DNA of 64,000 bases from an uncultured Candidatus Binatia bacterium (GTDB taxonomy: Bacteria > Desulfobacterota > Binatia > UBA9968 > JAJDTQ01), in the NCBI GenBank assembly GCA_964291295.2, contig OZ219754.1:3488001-3552000 (forward strand). Reading direction: 5' to 3'. Position numbers and translations under genes: made by a program. Of the stretch, positions 1 to 9,772 are shown one piece after another (the first letter of the stretch is position 1; the number at the start of each line of letters is the position of its first letter). The notes beneath the pieces were generated by a model, which had not been told where the DNA came from, searched no databases, and saw only the letters and a list, made by a program, of their open reading frames with translations.

Positions 1-342
1 GTCGCGCAGGCAATGGTACGCGGCCCGGCTGCCGCCGCTCCTGCGCTGGAGCCAGGACAAGGCCGATTCCAGGCTCTCGACATCAGGAAACCGGGCCAGC
101 CGGCGAAACGTGCCCGATCCGGCAAGCGGCTCCATTTGGCAGAGGCCCTTCCATCCCGCAAGCCTGTCCTCGGAGACAAGCCAAAGGAACGGTTCGAACG
201 GCACGGTCCTGGTGGTCACCGAAGACGACGCCCGGGAGAAGACCCGGATGTGGCGGTTGCCCTCCAACTCCAGGGCCACCACATCCGGCGTCCCGTCGCG
301 GCCGTACAGTACCGGGTCATGTTGGCGGATCGCGTCGGACAT
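1..342 (-). CDS. N-terminal part of a probable family-B DNA polymerase / 3'-5' exonuclease-type protein (runs off window edge)
   Basis: Manual translation of minus strand: MSDAIRQHDPVLYGRDGTPDVVALELEGNRHIRVFSR...VPFEPFLWL...LAGSGTFRRLARFP, resembling from memory the N-terminus of deltaproteobacterial PolB-like proteins; no catalytic motif is inside the window. Confidence 0.5.
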   Translation of the reverse strand, partial: MSDAIRQHDPVLYGRDGTPDVVALELEGNRHIRVFSRASSSVTTRTVPFEPFLWLVSEDRLAGWKGLCQMEPLAGSGTFRRLARFPDVESLESALSWLQRRSGGSRAAYHCLRD

Positions 343-498
343 GAGGAGGCGGTCCGGAAGCGATGACATTCGATAGTTGGCATTCGATGCCATCCTGCCG
401 GGCCAGTGGACTGTGTAGCAGATGCGGGCGCCCCCCGCGACGGGGACAGGCCCCCGTCACTCTGGTATTGGGCGGAACAGATGTGCTACACCCACTCC

Positions 499-1302
499 AT
501 GGTCTCCGACGCCATCTCCACCAACTCCCGGATCTCCCACATTCGCCGGCCCCGTTTGCGGCATCCCTTCCTGATCCTGTCCTTTTCGGGCTGGAGTGAC
601 GCCGGATCCTCGGCCACGTCGGCGGTCCGGTATCTCATCGAGCAGCTCCTGGCCTCGGAGCTGGCCAGGATCGATCCCGAAGAGTATTACGACTTCTCCG
701 TCCAGCGGCCTCACGTACGCCTGGTGGATGGACAGCGTGAGATCGAGTGGCCCTCGTACGACTTCTTCTACTACAAGACCGGCAAAGACCTGGAACAGGA
801 TTTCATCTTCGCATCGGGGGCCGAGCCGCATCTACACTGGAAGTCCTTCTCCAGCACGGTATTGCAGCTTGCGCGAGAGTGGAAGGTGGCTCGCATCATC
901 ACCTTGGGCGCCCTTCTCGACGAGGTGCTTTACACCAAGCCGGTACCGTTGAACGGGTTCTCGTCCGACCCTGCGCTGATGAAAGAGCTCGACTTCACCC
1001 CATCACGGTACCAGGGGCCCACCGGCATCGTCGGGATATTGAACGACACGTTCCGCAAGGAAGGGATGCCGCACGTGAGCCTGTGGGCGGCCCTGCCCCA
1101 CTACCTGGCGCCTTCTCCGAACCCCAGGGGAACCTTGGCCCTGGTCCTTCGTCTGACCCAGTGGCTGGGCATCCGCATCGACACGAGCCCGCTGGAACGC
1201 GCCGCGGGTGAATTCCAGAACAAGGTCAACGACGTCGTCAAGAGCGACCCCAACCTCACGGCTCTCGTCCGGGAGCTTCAGAAACACGAGTTCGAGCAAT
1301 AG
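499..1302 (+). CDS. PAC2 family (proteasome assembly chaperone-like) protein
   Basis: FSGWSDAGSSAT, IDPEEYYDFSVQRP, GAEPHLHW, YQGPTGIVG, LWAALPHY motifs; start chosen at ATG 499 within ORF 406..1302. Confidence 0.85.
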   Translation: MVSDAISTNSRISHIRRPRLRHPFLILSFSGWSDAGSSATSAVRYLIEQLLASELARIDPEEYYDFSVQRPHVRLVDGQREIEWPSYDFFYYKTGKDLEQDFIFASGAEPHLHWKSFSSTVLQLAREWKVARIITLGALLDEVLYTKPVPLNGFSSDPALMKELDFTPSRYQGPTGIVGILNDTFRKEGMPHVSLWAALPHYLAPSPNPRGTLALVLRLTQWLGIRIDTSPLERAAGEFQNKVNDVVKSDPNLTALVRELQKHEFEQ

Positions 1303-1316
1303 AGGGGAGGATATCC

Positions 1317-1763
1317 ATGCGAAGCGCACCGGGACTGTGGATCGTCATGGCGGGACTGTGGCTGGCCACCAGCCTGAGCGTGGCCTGGGCCGCGCAGTTC
1401 GACAAGGCCATCGAGGAACGCCAGGAACTGATGAAACGCATCGGCGCGGCCAGCAAGGCCATGCGGTCGGCCGCGGATGCGGCCGCGGTGGCCGCCAGTG
1501 CCGACGAGCTGGCGGCAGCCTTAACCAGGATCAACGCCGACACCTTTCCCGAAGGAAGCTCCGACGGATCGCGTTCCAGACCGGAGATCTGGGAACAGTG
1601 GGACGATTTCATGGCCAAGGCCGGGAACGCCGCAACCCTCGCCCGGGCCATCGCCGCCAGGGCCCGTGCGGGCGAGAACACCGCCGAATGGGTCAAGGAC
1701 TTCGGCAGGAGTGCCTGCGGGAGTTGCCACCGGCCGTTCCGGAAACCCAAGGAGAGGAGCTAG
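1317..1763 (+). CDS. Cytochrome c' / c556 (class II cytochrome c)
   Basis: Signal peptide, IEERQELMK, PEIWEQWDDF, C-terminal CGSCH heme motif; SD GGGGAGG upstream. Confidence 0.9.
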   Translation: MRSAPGLWIVMAGLWLATSLSVAWAAQFDKAIEERQELMKRIGAASKAMRSAADAAAVAASADELAAALTRINADTFPEGSSDGSRSRPEIWEQWDDFMAKAGNAATLARAIAARARAGENTAEWVKDFGRSACGSCHRPFRKPKERS

Positions 1764-1775
1764 CCGCGCGCCCGC

Positions 1776-2051
1776 ATGATTACCCGCCACGTGGGCAAAG
1801 CGGCCCTTCCGGATCTGGAAGCATGGGCCAACCGCATCATCCGCTCCGAGGACGCCACCGTGAGGGCGGTGGAGTCCTATCATGACGCGGACTCCAACAC
1901 GTACGTCCTCCGACTCACCCGGGAAGCCCGGGTGCTGCTCTTCCGGCTTTCCGAAGCGCAGGTGCATACGCCGGAACGCGAGCCCGAGTGCGAGAAGACC
2001 CTCCGGAACAGGGTGAAGGAGGTAAACCGCCTGCTGGGACGGACCGAATGA
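1776..2051 (+). CDS. Hypothetical protein (91 aa)
   Basis: ORF 12 nt after cytochrome c' stop, protein-like composition. Confidence 0.65.
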   Translation: MITRHVGKAALPDLEAWANRIIRSEDATVRAVESYHDADSNTYVLRLTREARVLLFRLSEAQVHTPEREPECEKTLRNRVKEVNRLLGRTE

Positions 2052-2069
2052 TCCCGGGTCGGTGTCCGT

Positions 2070-3038
2070 CTACAGCCCCGTCGCCATCTCCTTGGCGAAA
2101 TAGGTGAGGATCAGGTCGGCGCCGGCCCGCTTGATGGACAGCAGTACCTCCGGGACCACCGTGCTTTCGTCGATCCAGCCGTTTTGCGCGGCGGCCTTGA
2201 TCATCGCGTATTCGCCGCTTACGTTGTAGGCGGCCGTGGGATGGTGGAAGCGCCGCTTGACGCGCGCGATGACGTCCAGATAAGACAGCGCCGGCTTCAC
2301 CATCACGATGTCGGCGCCCTCGGCGATGTCCGCCTCCACTTCCCGCAGCGCCTCGTCACTGTTGCCCGGATCCATCTGGTACGAGCGGCGGTCCCCGAAC
2401 CGCGGCGTGGATGCCGCGGCCTCGCGAAACGGCCCGTAGAAGCCCGACGCGTATTTCGCGGCGTAGGCCATGATCACGACGTGCTCGAATCCCTCCGCAT
2501 CGAGCGCCTTGCGAATCGCTCCGACCCGGCCGTCCATCATGTCGGAGGGGGCCACCACGTCGGCCCCGGCCCGGGCATGGGACAAGGCCTCCCTGGCCAG
2601 CAGCTTCAGGGTGCCGTCATTGTCCACCTTGCCATCCTCGACGATGCCGCAGTGGCCGTGGTCGGTGTACTCGCACAGGCAGACATCGGTCATCACCAGC
2701 AGGTCCGGGGCCTTGTCCTTGATGGCCCGTATCGCTTCCTGCACCACGCCGTGCGCGGCGCAGGCCTCCGATCCCGTCGCGTCTCTGGTTTCGGGAATGC
2801 CGAAAAGGATCACGCCGGGGATGCCCAGACGCCGCACCGTCTCCGCCTCCCGGGCGGCGCGGTCCGCCGAGAGCCGGGCCACGCCCGGCATGGAGACCAC
2901 CGGTTGCTCCTGATCGCGCCCCGGACACACGAACAGCGGGTAGATGAAATCATGCGGACTCAGCGCGGTCTCGCGCACCAGATCGCGCAACCGCGCCGTT
3001 TGTCGAAGCCGCCTCGGTCGAGTGACGGGAAACGTCAT
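2070..3038 (-). CDS. hemB: Porphobilinogen synthase (ALA dehydratase)
   Basis: [52 protein letters not shown]; SD AGGAGG before ATG 3038. Confidence 0.97.
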   Translation of the reverse strand: MTFPVTRPRRLRQTARLRDLVRETALSPHDFIYPLFVCPGRDQEQPVVSMPGVARLSADRAAREAETVRRLGIPGVILFGIPETRDATGSEACAAHGVVQEAIRAIKDKAPDLLVMTDVCLCEYTDHGHCGIVEDGKVDNDGTLKLLAREALSHARAGADVVAPSDMMDGRVGAIRKALDAEGFEHVVIMAYAAKYASGFYGPFREAAASTPRFGDRRSYQMDPGNSDEALREVEADIAEGADIVMVKPALSYLDVIARVKRRFHHPTAAYNVSGEYAMIKAAAQNGWIDESTVVPEVLLSIKRAGADLILTYFAKEMATGL

Positions 3039-3040
3039 GG

Positions 3041-3850
3041 TTACCTCCTGGTGACGGTGACCGAAGATTCCGCCATGGCCTGAATCAGCCCCGCCACCGT
3101 GTATTCCCGGGCCACCACGTCCACATCCAGCCCGCGCCGGCGGGCCGCTTCCTCCGTGATGGGTCCGATGCACGCCACCCGGACCCGGCCTGCCCGGGGC
3201 GCAGCCCCCAGCAGGTCCACGAAAGCATGCACGGTGCTCGGACTCGTGAACGTGACCCAGTCCACCTGCTTCAGGAGCGTCACCAGCCGCCGGGCACCCT
3301 GACGCACCGGCTGGTTGCGGTAAGCTTCCACCACCGTTACTGCCGCCCCCCAGCGCCGGAGCGTTTCCGGGAGCACGTCGCGGGCGCCGGCCACCCGTGC
3401 GAGCAGAAATCGGCGTCCCCGGACCCGATCAGGGCCCAACGCCGTGAGGATGCCCTCCGCACGATACATCTCGGGCACGAGGCGGACCGTCAGGCCGTGC
3501 TCTGCCAACTGGCGCGCGGTCTGCGGCCCGATCGCCGCAATGGCGAGCCGCTGGAGGCTGCCCATGCACGCCAACGCCTCGCAACGCTCCAGGAAGTGCC
3601 GGACGCCGTTGGCACTGGTGAAGACCAGCCAATCCTGTCGGGCAAGGCCACGGACAGCCTCATCCAGCGCGTCGGTTTGCTCCAGCGGCCGGATCTCCAC
3701 CGTGGGGAACAGCACGGCCCGGGCTCCCAGGGCGTCCAGGGCGCGTGCGAAGGCGTCCGCCTGCTCGCGCGGCCGGGTGACCAGGACCCGCTGGCCGGCA
3801 AGCGGCGCGCCCGGAGCCTTCACCCGCGCCGACAGCGGCGCATCACTCAC
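3041..3850 (-). CDS. hemD: Uroporphyrinogen-III synthase
   Basis: [45 protein letters not shown]; GTG start overlapping hemC stop. Confidence 0.93.
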   Translation of the reverse strand: MSDAPLSARVKAPGAPLAGQRVLVTRPREQADAFARALDALGARAVLFPTVEIRPLEQTDALDEAVRGLARQDWLVFTSANGVRHFLERCEALACMGSLQRLAIAAIGPQTARQLAEHGLTVRLVPEMYRAEGILTALGPDRVRGRRFLLARVAGARDVLPETLRRWGAAVTVVEAYRNQPVRQGARRLVTLLKQVDWVTFTSPSTVHAFVDLLGAAPRAGRVRVACIGPITEEAARRRGLDVDVVAREYTVAGLIQAMAESSVTVTRR

Positions 3851-4758
3851 GCCCGGGCCTCCCGCAGCACCGCCCCGGCCCCTTCGTGCAGCAGCCGTTC
3901 GGCGAGCCGGGTTCCCAGGGAGGCGGCCTCCGGACGGGCGCCGGCAACTTCGCCCCGGAAGACCTTGCTGCCGGACGCGTCGGCTATCATCCCCGCGAGC
4001 GTCACCCCGTCGTCGCCTGCCACCGCCCGAGCCCCCACCGGCACCTGACATCCCCCTTCCAGGCGCCGCAGGAAGGCGCGTTCGGCCTCCACCTCCAGCG
4101 CCGACGCTTCATGGTTCAGAAAGCACAGCCGTTCCACCTCGGCGTGCCGGGTCTCAAGAGCCAGGGCTCCCTGGGCGACCGCGCTGAACCAGGCGCCGGG
4201 AGACAACGGCTGGGTCGATTCCTGTTCCCGTCCCAGGCGTTTCATCCCCGCCAAGGCCAGCACCAAGGCCTCCACCTCGCCGCGTTGGAGCTTGGCCAAC
4301 CGTGTACCGACGTTGCCCCGGATGGGCACCACCTCGAGGTCCGGGCGCTGGTGCAACACCTGGGCCCGGCGGCGGAGGCTGCCGGTGCCGACCCGGGCGC
4401 CGGCCGGCAACTCGGCAAGGCTCCCGGCCACACGGCTGATCAACACATCCCGGGGATCCTCGCGTTCCGGCACGGCGGCGATGGCAAGCCCCTCGGGGAG
4501 TTCCGTCGGCAGGTCTTTCATGGAATGCACCGCGACGTCGATGGCACCTGCCAGGAGCGCCTCCTCGATCTCCTTGATGAAGACGCCCTTGGCGCCAATC
4601 TGCTCGATGGGCAGGTGCGGGAGGCGGTCGCCGCTGGTGCGAATGGCCACCACCTCCACCGCGGCCCGCGGATCGTGCTCACGGATGCAACCCCGGACCC
4701 ATTCCGCCTGAGCCAGCGCCAGCGGGCTGCGCCGGGTGCCGATGCGTATCCTGTTCAT
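3847..4758 (-). CDS. hemC: Hydroxymethylbilane synthase (porphobilinogen deaminase)
   Basis: IRIGTRRSPLALAQA, KGVFIKEIE, AVHSMKDLP, GTGSLRR, IRGNVGTRL, LEGGCQVP. Confidence 0.97.
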   Translation of the reverse strand: MNRIRIGTRRSPLALAQAEWVRGCIREHDPRAAVEVVAIRTSGDRLPHLPIEQIGAKGVFIKEIEEALLAGAIDVAVHSMKDLPTELPEGLAIAAVPEREDPRDVLISRVAGSLAELPAGARVGTGSLRRRAQVLHQRPDLEVVPIRGNVGTRLAKLQRGEVEALVLALAGMKRLGREQESTQPLSPGAWFSAVAQGALALETRHAEVERLCFLNHEASALEVEAERAFLRRLEGGCQVPVGARAVAGDDGVTLAGMIADASGSKVFRGEVAGARPEAASLGTRLAERLLHEGAGAVLREARA

Positions 4759-4768
4759 GCCGTCACCG

Positions 4769-6067
4769 TCACGGATCATCCCGGCCGGGATCCGGCTTCC
4801 TGTCCAGGTCGAACAGCGCCCTGACGGTGTCGTGGTAGGCCGCATCCTCGTCGGGCCGCTCCTTGAGCCGCGTGAGGGGAGCGTGGAGAATCTTGTTGAT
4901 CATGGCCGCGGTCAGATCCTCGATGGCCTTGCGCTCCCGCCCGGAGATATCCTTGAGACTGGAGTCCAGCGACTTCCTGAGTTCCCGCTGGCGGATGGCC
5001 TCGAATTTCCGTTTCAGCGCGATGATGGTGGGCACCTGATCCAGGGAGTCAAACCACTGGTAGAAAGTCTCCACTTCCCGGGCGACGATCCGCTCTCCCT
5101 TGTCCGCCTCGCTTTCCCGCCCGCGCAGGTTCTCCCGCGCCACCTCGCCGAGATCGTCGATGTGATAGAGGTACACGTTGTCCAGGTCGTTGATGCGGGG
5201 ATCGAAGTTTCTGGGCACGCCGAGGTCGATGAGGAACATGTTGCCCTGCTTTCTCTCGCGAAGCACGTTCGCCGCCGTCTCGCGGGTGAGGAGCACCTCC
5301 TCCGATTCCACCGAGCCGATCACCACGTCGGCCAGCTTGAGGTAGCGGACATGGTCCTCGAAACGGATCGGGCTCGCCTCGAAGCGATCCGCCAGTTCCA
5401 CCGCCTTCTCGAACGTGCGATTGGTGATCATCAGGCCGCGCACGCCGTTCTCCACCAGATGCCGCGCCAGCGACTCGCCCATGGCACCGGAGCCGATGAC
5501 CATCACGGTCTTTTCCTCCAGCCTGTCGAAGATGCGCCTGGCCAGATCCACCGCCACCGAGCTCACGGAAACGGGCCGGTTGGCGATGCCGGTTCCCTGC
5601 CTCACGCGCTTCGCCACCGAAAAGGAGCGATGGAACAGGCGGTGCAGGATGCTGCCGACGGTGCCGGCCTGTTGGGCGACGGCGTAGTACTCCTTCAGTT
5701 GCCCGAGGATCTGAGGCTCTCCCACCACCATGGAATCCAGACTCGACGCCACCCGGAAGACATGCCGCACCGCGCTCTTGCGAGCGTGATGATAGAGTTG
5801 TCCTTCGGCGGGGTTGCGGCGGACGCCGGGCTGGTTCCTGAGGAAGCTCCCGATCTCGGGGAAGCCCGTGTCCCGGGCCACCGCCACCACTTCCACCCGG
5901 TTGCACGTGGAGAGAATCACGCCTTCGTCCACCGACGGCAGCGCCACGAGATCGTGGAGCGAACCGTTGAGGCGTCGGGCGGGGAAAGCAATCTGCTCCC
6001 GGACCTCCACGGGCGCGGTCCGGTGGTTCAGGCCGACCACCACGATCTGCCGTCCGGCCTCACTCAA
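4769..6067 (-). CDS. hemA: Glutamyl-tRNA reductase
   Basis: VGLNHRTAPVEVRE, LSTCNRVE, SSLDSMVVGEPQILGQ, IGSGAMG, IDLGVPRN. Confidence 0.97.
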   Translation of the reverse strand: MSEAGRQIVVVGLNHRTAPVEVREQIAFPARRLNGSLHDLVALPSVDEGVILSTCNRVEVVAVARDTGFPEIGSFLRNQPGVRRNPAEGQLYHHARKSAVRHVFRVASSLDSMVVGEPQILGQLKEYYAVAQQAGTVGSILHRLFHRSFSVAKRVRQGTGIANRPVSVSSVAVDLARRIFDRLEEKTVMVIGSGAMGESLARHLVENGVRGLMITNRTFEKAVELADRFEASPIRFEDHVRYLKLADVVIGSVESEEVLLTRETAANVLRERKQGNMFLIDLGVPRNFDPRINDLDNVYLYHIDDLGEVARENLRGRESEADKGERIVAREVETFYQWFDSLDQVPTIIALKRKFEAIRQRELRKSLDSSLKDISGRERKAIEDLTAAMINKILHAPLTRLKERPDEDAAYHDTVRALFDLDRKPDPGRDDP

Positions 6068-6881
6068 AACGGCCTCCGTGGCGGCTCAGGAACAACGCAT
6101 CCCCCCAGAGGAAGTAACCCAGCACGATCAGAAACCCGGCGATGGTCCACAGCGCCGCCTTCCGGCCGCGCCAGCCCGCGGTGAGGCGGCCGTGGAGCAG
6201 GATGCCGTACAGAAGCCAGGTCAGGCCGGAGGTGATCTGACGCGGATCCCAGGACCAGTAGGTGCCCCATTGGGCGTGTGCCCACACGCTGCCCGTGAGG
6301 ATCCCCAAGGTCATGAACGGGAAGCCCCATAACAGGAAGCGATTGTTGAGGCGGTCCAGCGTCTCGAGGGCCGGCACGGCGCGGCTCAGGCCGGTCATGC
6401 GCTTGTTCTTGAGCTGACGCCGGAGCAGCAGGTAGACCACGCTGACGGCGAACGCCAGGGCGAAGACCGCGTTGCCCAGCAACGCCAGGGTCACGTGCAG
6501 CGGCAGCCAGTAGGTCAGCAGCGCCGGCGGCGTCTCCAGGCCGGAGTCCCCCAGGGCGATGGACCGCAGCGACATCAGGAACGCCAGCGGCGCGACGAAG
6601 CAGCCCAGGATGGGCAGCCGGTACCGGAACTGCACCGCAAGGCACACGCCTGCCATCAGCCAGCCGTAGAAGGAGAGCGTCGCGTGGGTCTGGCCCAGGG
6701 CGGGGAAGCCGGTTTCATGAAAGAGAAACGCGAACTTCGCCGCGTGGCCGATGAAACCGGCGAGCAGCAGACCCTGACCCGCGCGGGAGAAGGACTCCCG
6801 CGGCGAGAACAGGTAAAGAATGAAGGCGCCTGTGGCCAGAAGATAGAATCCGGCCGTGGCCTGAAGAAGGCTCTGGTACAT
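6060..6881 (-). CDS. ccsA: Cytochrome c biogenesis protein CcsA / HemX-like membrane protein
   Basis: Multiple TM helices, WLPLHV, GILTGSVWAHAQWGTYWSWDPR (WWD motif); directly upstream of hemA. Confidence 0.88.
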   Translation of the reverse strand: MYQSLLQATAGFYLLATGAFILYLFSPRESFSRAGQGLLLAGFIGHAAKFAFLFHETGFPALGQTHATLSFYGWLMAGVCLAVQFRYRLPILGCFVAPLAFLMSLRSIALGDSGLETPPALLTYWLPLHVTLALLGNAVFALAFAVSVVYLLLRRQLKNKRMTGLSRAVPALETLDRLNNRFLLWGFPFMTLGILTGSVWAHAQWGTYWSWDPRQITSGLTWLLYGILLHGRLTAGWRGRKAALWTIAGFLIVLGYFLWGDALFLSRHGGRFE

Positions 6882-7026
6882 ATGCTTGAGGCATTATATC
6901 GCACCGGCCGTGCAAGCCCTAGCCTGGGACATTCGGCTTGAGACACTTGGCTTGAGAAAGCCGGCTTGGGGGAGCGGTCTTGGAAGAAGAGGCCGGGCCG
7001 CTGCGGCAGGAACGCTTCGACAAGCG

Positions 7027-7052
7027 GGCGGGCGGCTTCACATCCGCCCGCC
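7027..7052. terminator. GC-rich hairpin downstream of LysM gene (possible terminator/stabiliser)
   Basis: GGCGGGCGG-cttcacat-CCGCCCGCC 9-bp stem; no clear U-tract. Confidence 0.35.
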
Positions 7053-7057
7053 GTCGG

Positions 7058-8857
7058 TCAGGATCGGGTTACGGGAATTCTGAGACGCTGGCCGGCGCGG
7101 ATTCGGTGTCGGTTGCGGATCGCATTGGCGCGCTGAATGGCCGCCGGCGACACCCGATAGCGGTCGGCGATGGCGGACAGCGTCTCGCCCCGCCGCACGC
7201 GGTGGTAGACGCGCCGTTGCTTCGCCACCGTCGCACGCTTCCCCGACGTCCGGCTCGGAATCTCGAGCCGCTGCCCCACCTGCAGCAGGCGGGGGCTCCT
7301 CAGGCCATTGAGCGACTGGATCAAGTCCGCCGACGTGCCATAGACCTTCGCCAGCCCGGACAGCGTCTCGCCCCGCCGTACGCGATGGTAGACGCGCCGT
7401 TGCTTCGCCACCGTCGCACGCTTCCCCGACGTCCGGCTCGGAATCTCGAGCCGCTGCCCCACCTGCAGCAGGCGGGGGCTCCTCAGGCCATTGAGCGACT
7501 GGATCAAGTCCGCCGACGTGCCATAGACCTTCGCCAGCCCGGACAGCGTCTCGCCCCACCGTACGCGGTGGTAGACGCGCCGTTGCTTCGCCACCGTCGC
7601 ACGCTTCCCCGACGTCCGGCTCGGAATCTCAAGCCGCTGCCCCACCTGCAGCAGGCGGGGGCTCCTCAGGCCATTGAGCGACTGGATCAAGTCCGCCGAC
7701 GTGCCATAGACCTTCGCCAGCTCGGACAGCGTCTCGCCCCGGCTGACCACGTGATAGGGAAACGACTGACTCGGCCCCATGCCCGCCAGTGCGTTGCGGA
7801 GCCCCTCGCTCTGCAACCTGGGGGCCTTCAGCCGATAGCCCGCGGGTACCCATGAGGCGCGGCGACTCAGGGCCGGGTTCCATTTGAGGAACTCCGCCCG
7901 GGATACCCCGCTGCGGCGAAGCAGCGAGGAAACCGCCACCCGCCTGGGGAGGCTGATCTCCTCGATATGCAGCGGCCGGTCGAACCGAACATGGGGCAGA
8001 AGCCGCTCCACGTCGCGCATGATGTGCACGGCCGCGAGAAACTCCGCGTAGAAGTTCTTGGACGCGAACTTGAACGTGCGCCCGCGGTAACGGCGGATGA
8101 TGGTGACGATGTCCCGCGTACCCAGCTGGCGCACCGCCCTGCGCATGCCCGCACGCCCGTGATTGTAGGCCGTCACCGCCAGCGGCCAGGTCCCGAGCGC
8201 CCGGTAGTTGTCCTGCAGCAGACGCGCCGCCGCCCGGGTCGCCTCCAGCGGGTCCTTGCGTTCGTCCAGCAACCGGGTCACCCGCATGTACAGACGTCCG
8301 GTGCCCGGCATGAACTGCCACATGCCCACGGCGCCACGGAACGAGCGCGCGTCGTTCCTGAACGAAGACTCAACCAGCGGCAGACGGGTCAACTCCAACG
8401 GAAGTCCGCGCGCGGCGAAGATCTCCCGCATGTGGACCCTGTAGCGCCCGGAACGCCGCACCCCGGCCGCGAAACGGTCGCTGATCCCCCGCTGCACCTT
8501 GATGCGGTGCGACGGGATACCGCGTCCAACGAGTTGCGCATGTACGGAGCGGATCAACCGCCGCACGCGAGCACCCTCCCGGACCTTCACCACCCGATGT
8601 ATCTTCGACATGTTCTGCGGATCGAAGAAGACGAGCTTTGTGGAGTCATGGTCGAGAAAGATCGCCTTCCAGAACTCGACGGCGGGCTCAAGCCCTCTGG
8701 GGATGGCGAACGGGTCGGCCTCAGTCGAAACGGAACCGCGGGCGAGCGCAACCGGCGTGTACGCAAGACCGCTGAAAAGCAGAAAAAGGAGACCCGCCAG
8801 GGAGACGATGCGGCGAGGCATGAACCGGGGTACGAACCGGGGCATAGGACGCGGCAT
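7058..8857 (-). CDS. MltD-like lytic transglycosylase with four C-terminal LysM domains
   Basis: Signal peptide, LPLVESSF, GAVGMWQFMPGTG, WPLAVTAYNHG, KNFYAEF; LysM YHxVxxGETLSxLA x4; start uncertain (8821-8857). Confidence 0.92.
   Translation of the reverse strand: MPRPMPRFVPRFMPRRIVSLAGLLFLLFSGLAYTPVALARGSVSTEADPFAIPRGLEPAVEFWKAIFLDHDSTKLVFFDPQNMSKIHRVVKVREGARVRRLIRSVHAQLVGRGIPSHRIKVQRGISDRFAAGVRRSGRYRVHMREIFAARGLPLELTRLPLVESSFRNDARSFRGAVGMWQFMPGTGRLYMRVTRLLDERKDPLEATRAAARLLQDNYRALGTWPLAVTAYNHGRAGMRRAVRQLGTRDIVTIIRRYRGRTFKFASKNFYAEFLAAVHIMRDVERLLPHVRFDRPLHIEEISLPRRVAVSSLLRRSGVSRAEFLKWNPALSRRASWVPAGYRLKAPRLQSEGLRNALAGMGPSQSFPYHVVSRGETLSELAKVYGTSADLIQSLNGLRSPRLLQVGQRLEIPSRTSGKRATVAKQRRVYHRVRWGETLSGLAKVYGTSADLIQSLNGLRSPRLLQVGQRLEIPSRTSGKRATVAKQRRVYHRVRRGETLSGLAKVYGTSADLIQSLNGLRSPRLLQVGQRLEIPSRTSGKRATVAKQRRVYHRVRRGETLSAIADRYRVSPAAIQRANAIRNRHRIRAGQRLRIPVTRS
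7175..7740. repeat. Three near-identical tandem 183-bp (61-aa) LysM repeats
   Basis: GACAGCGTCTCGCCCC recurs at 7176, 7359, 7542, 7725 with nearly identical sequence between. Confidence 0.95.
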
Positions 8858-9063
8858 GCAGAAATCCTTTAAAAGCATCGCCTTGAGGTACACGTTGTAA
8901 ACCTCTTTGTCAACTTCGTCGTGTGCGCCGGGCGAAAAAGGCTCTGCGGGGCTCTGCGGAAGATCTCTTGCATGAGGCCTGGCTTCGGGTTTCGCCGGAA
9001 CCGGACCTGAACGCGGAGCGGGGAGTTGTGCGGACAACGTCCGCCCCGCTCCACCGATTCGAG

Positions 9064-9693
9064 CTATTCGAACTCGCAGGGTATCTGCTCGGGTCCGTAC
9101 CCCTGCCAGTACTTGCAGGTTCGCGGGTCGTATCGGCCCTGGAGGAAGCCGCCGGGCTTCTCGGCGCGCACGATGATGGCGACGGTACGCTCTTCACCGC
9201 TCTCCTCGGCGTGAATCTGCCACGGGCGCACGAGGTCGATCTTGCCCGGTCCCACCTGCGCGTTCTCGGTCTTCCGGACCTCCGCATAGTCGGGCCTGGA
9301 GCCGTCATCCAGCCGCTCGTAGCGCTCTATGGTCTCGCGGCCGTCCAGCACTCCGTAAAGGGTCCAGTTGTGCGCGTGGTCGTGGATGCTGGTGCGGGTT
9401 CCCGGCGCCTTGACCAGCCCGTTGATGACAAATCCATGGTCGGGGTCCTCATACAGGAGAAGGTTCTGGGCCCGCGACCCGCCCTCGGACAGCCCGCCCT
9501 GATCACAGGAGGGCCACTTCTCGGACTGTGCCTTCACGCCGGGATCCTCCAGCATCTCCGCCAGAAGGGACCCCATCTTCTGCCAGCGCCTGTCCGGGTC
9601 CGGCTCGTCCGCATGGAGTTGGCGGGCGGCCGCGATGAACCGACTGGCGGCCGACGGCTCCGTTTCCCGGGTCGGCATGGGACGTGCGCTCAT
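9064..9693 (-). CDS. Cysteine dioxygenase-like cupin protein
   Basis: QNLLLYEDPDHGF, TSIHDHAHNWTLYGVLDGRE, PWQIHAE; SD AGGAGGAG before ATG 9693. Confidence 0.8.
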   Translation of the reverse strand: MSARPMPTRETEPSAASRFIAAARQLHADEPDPDRRWQKMGSLLAEMLEDPGVKAQSEKWPSCDQGGLSEGGSRAQNLLLYEDPDHGFVINGLVKAPGTRTSIHDHAHNWTLYGVLDGRETIERYERLDDGSRPDYAEVRKTENAQVGPGKIDLVRPWQIHAEESGEERTVAIIVRAEKPGGFLQGRYDPRTCKYWQGYGPEQIPCEFE

Positions 9694-9772
9694 GGTATCT
9701 CCTCCCTTTGGCTGTGGCTTGCGTTCAAGGGCTGCCCAAATCGTGGACAGTATCCAGGGAACGGGAGCCCTG

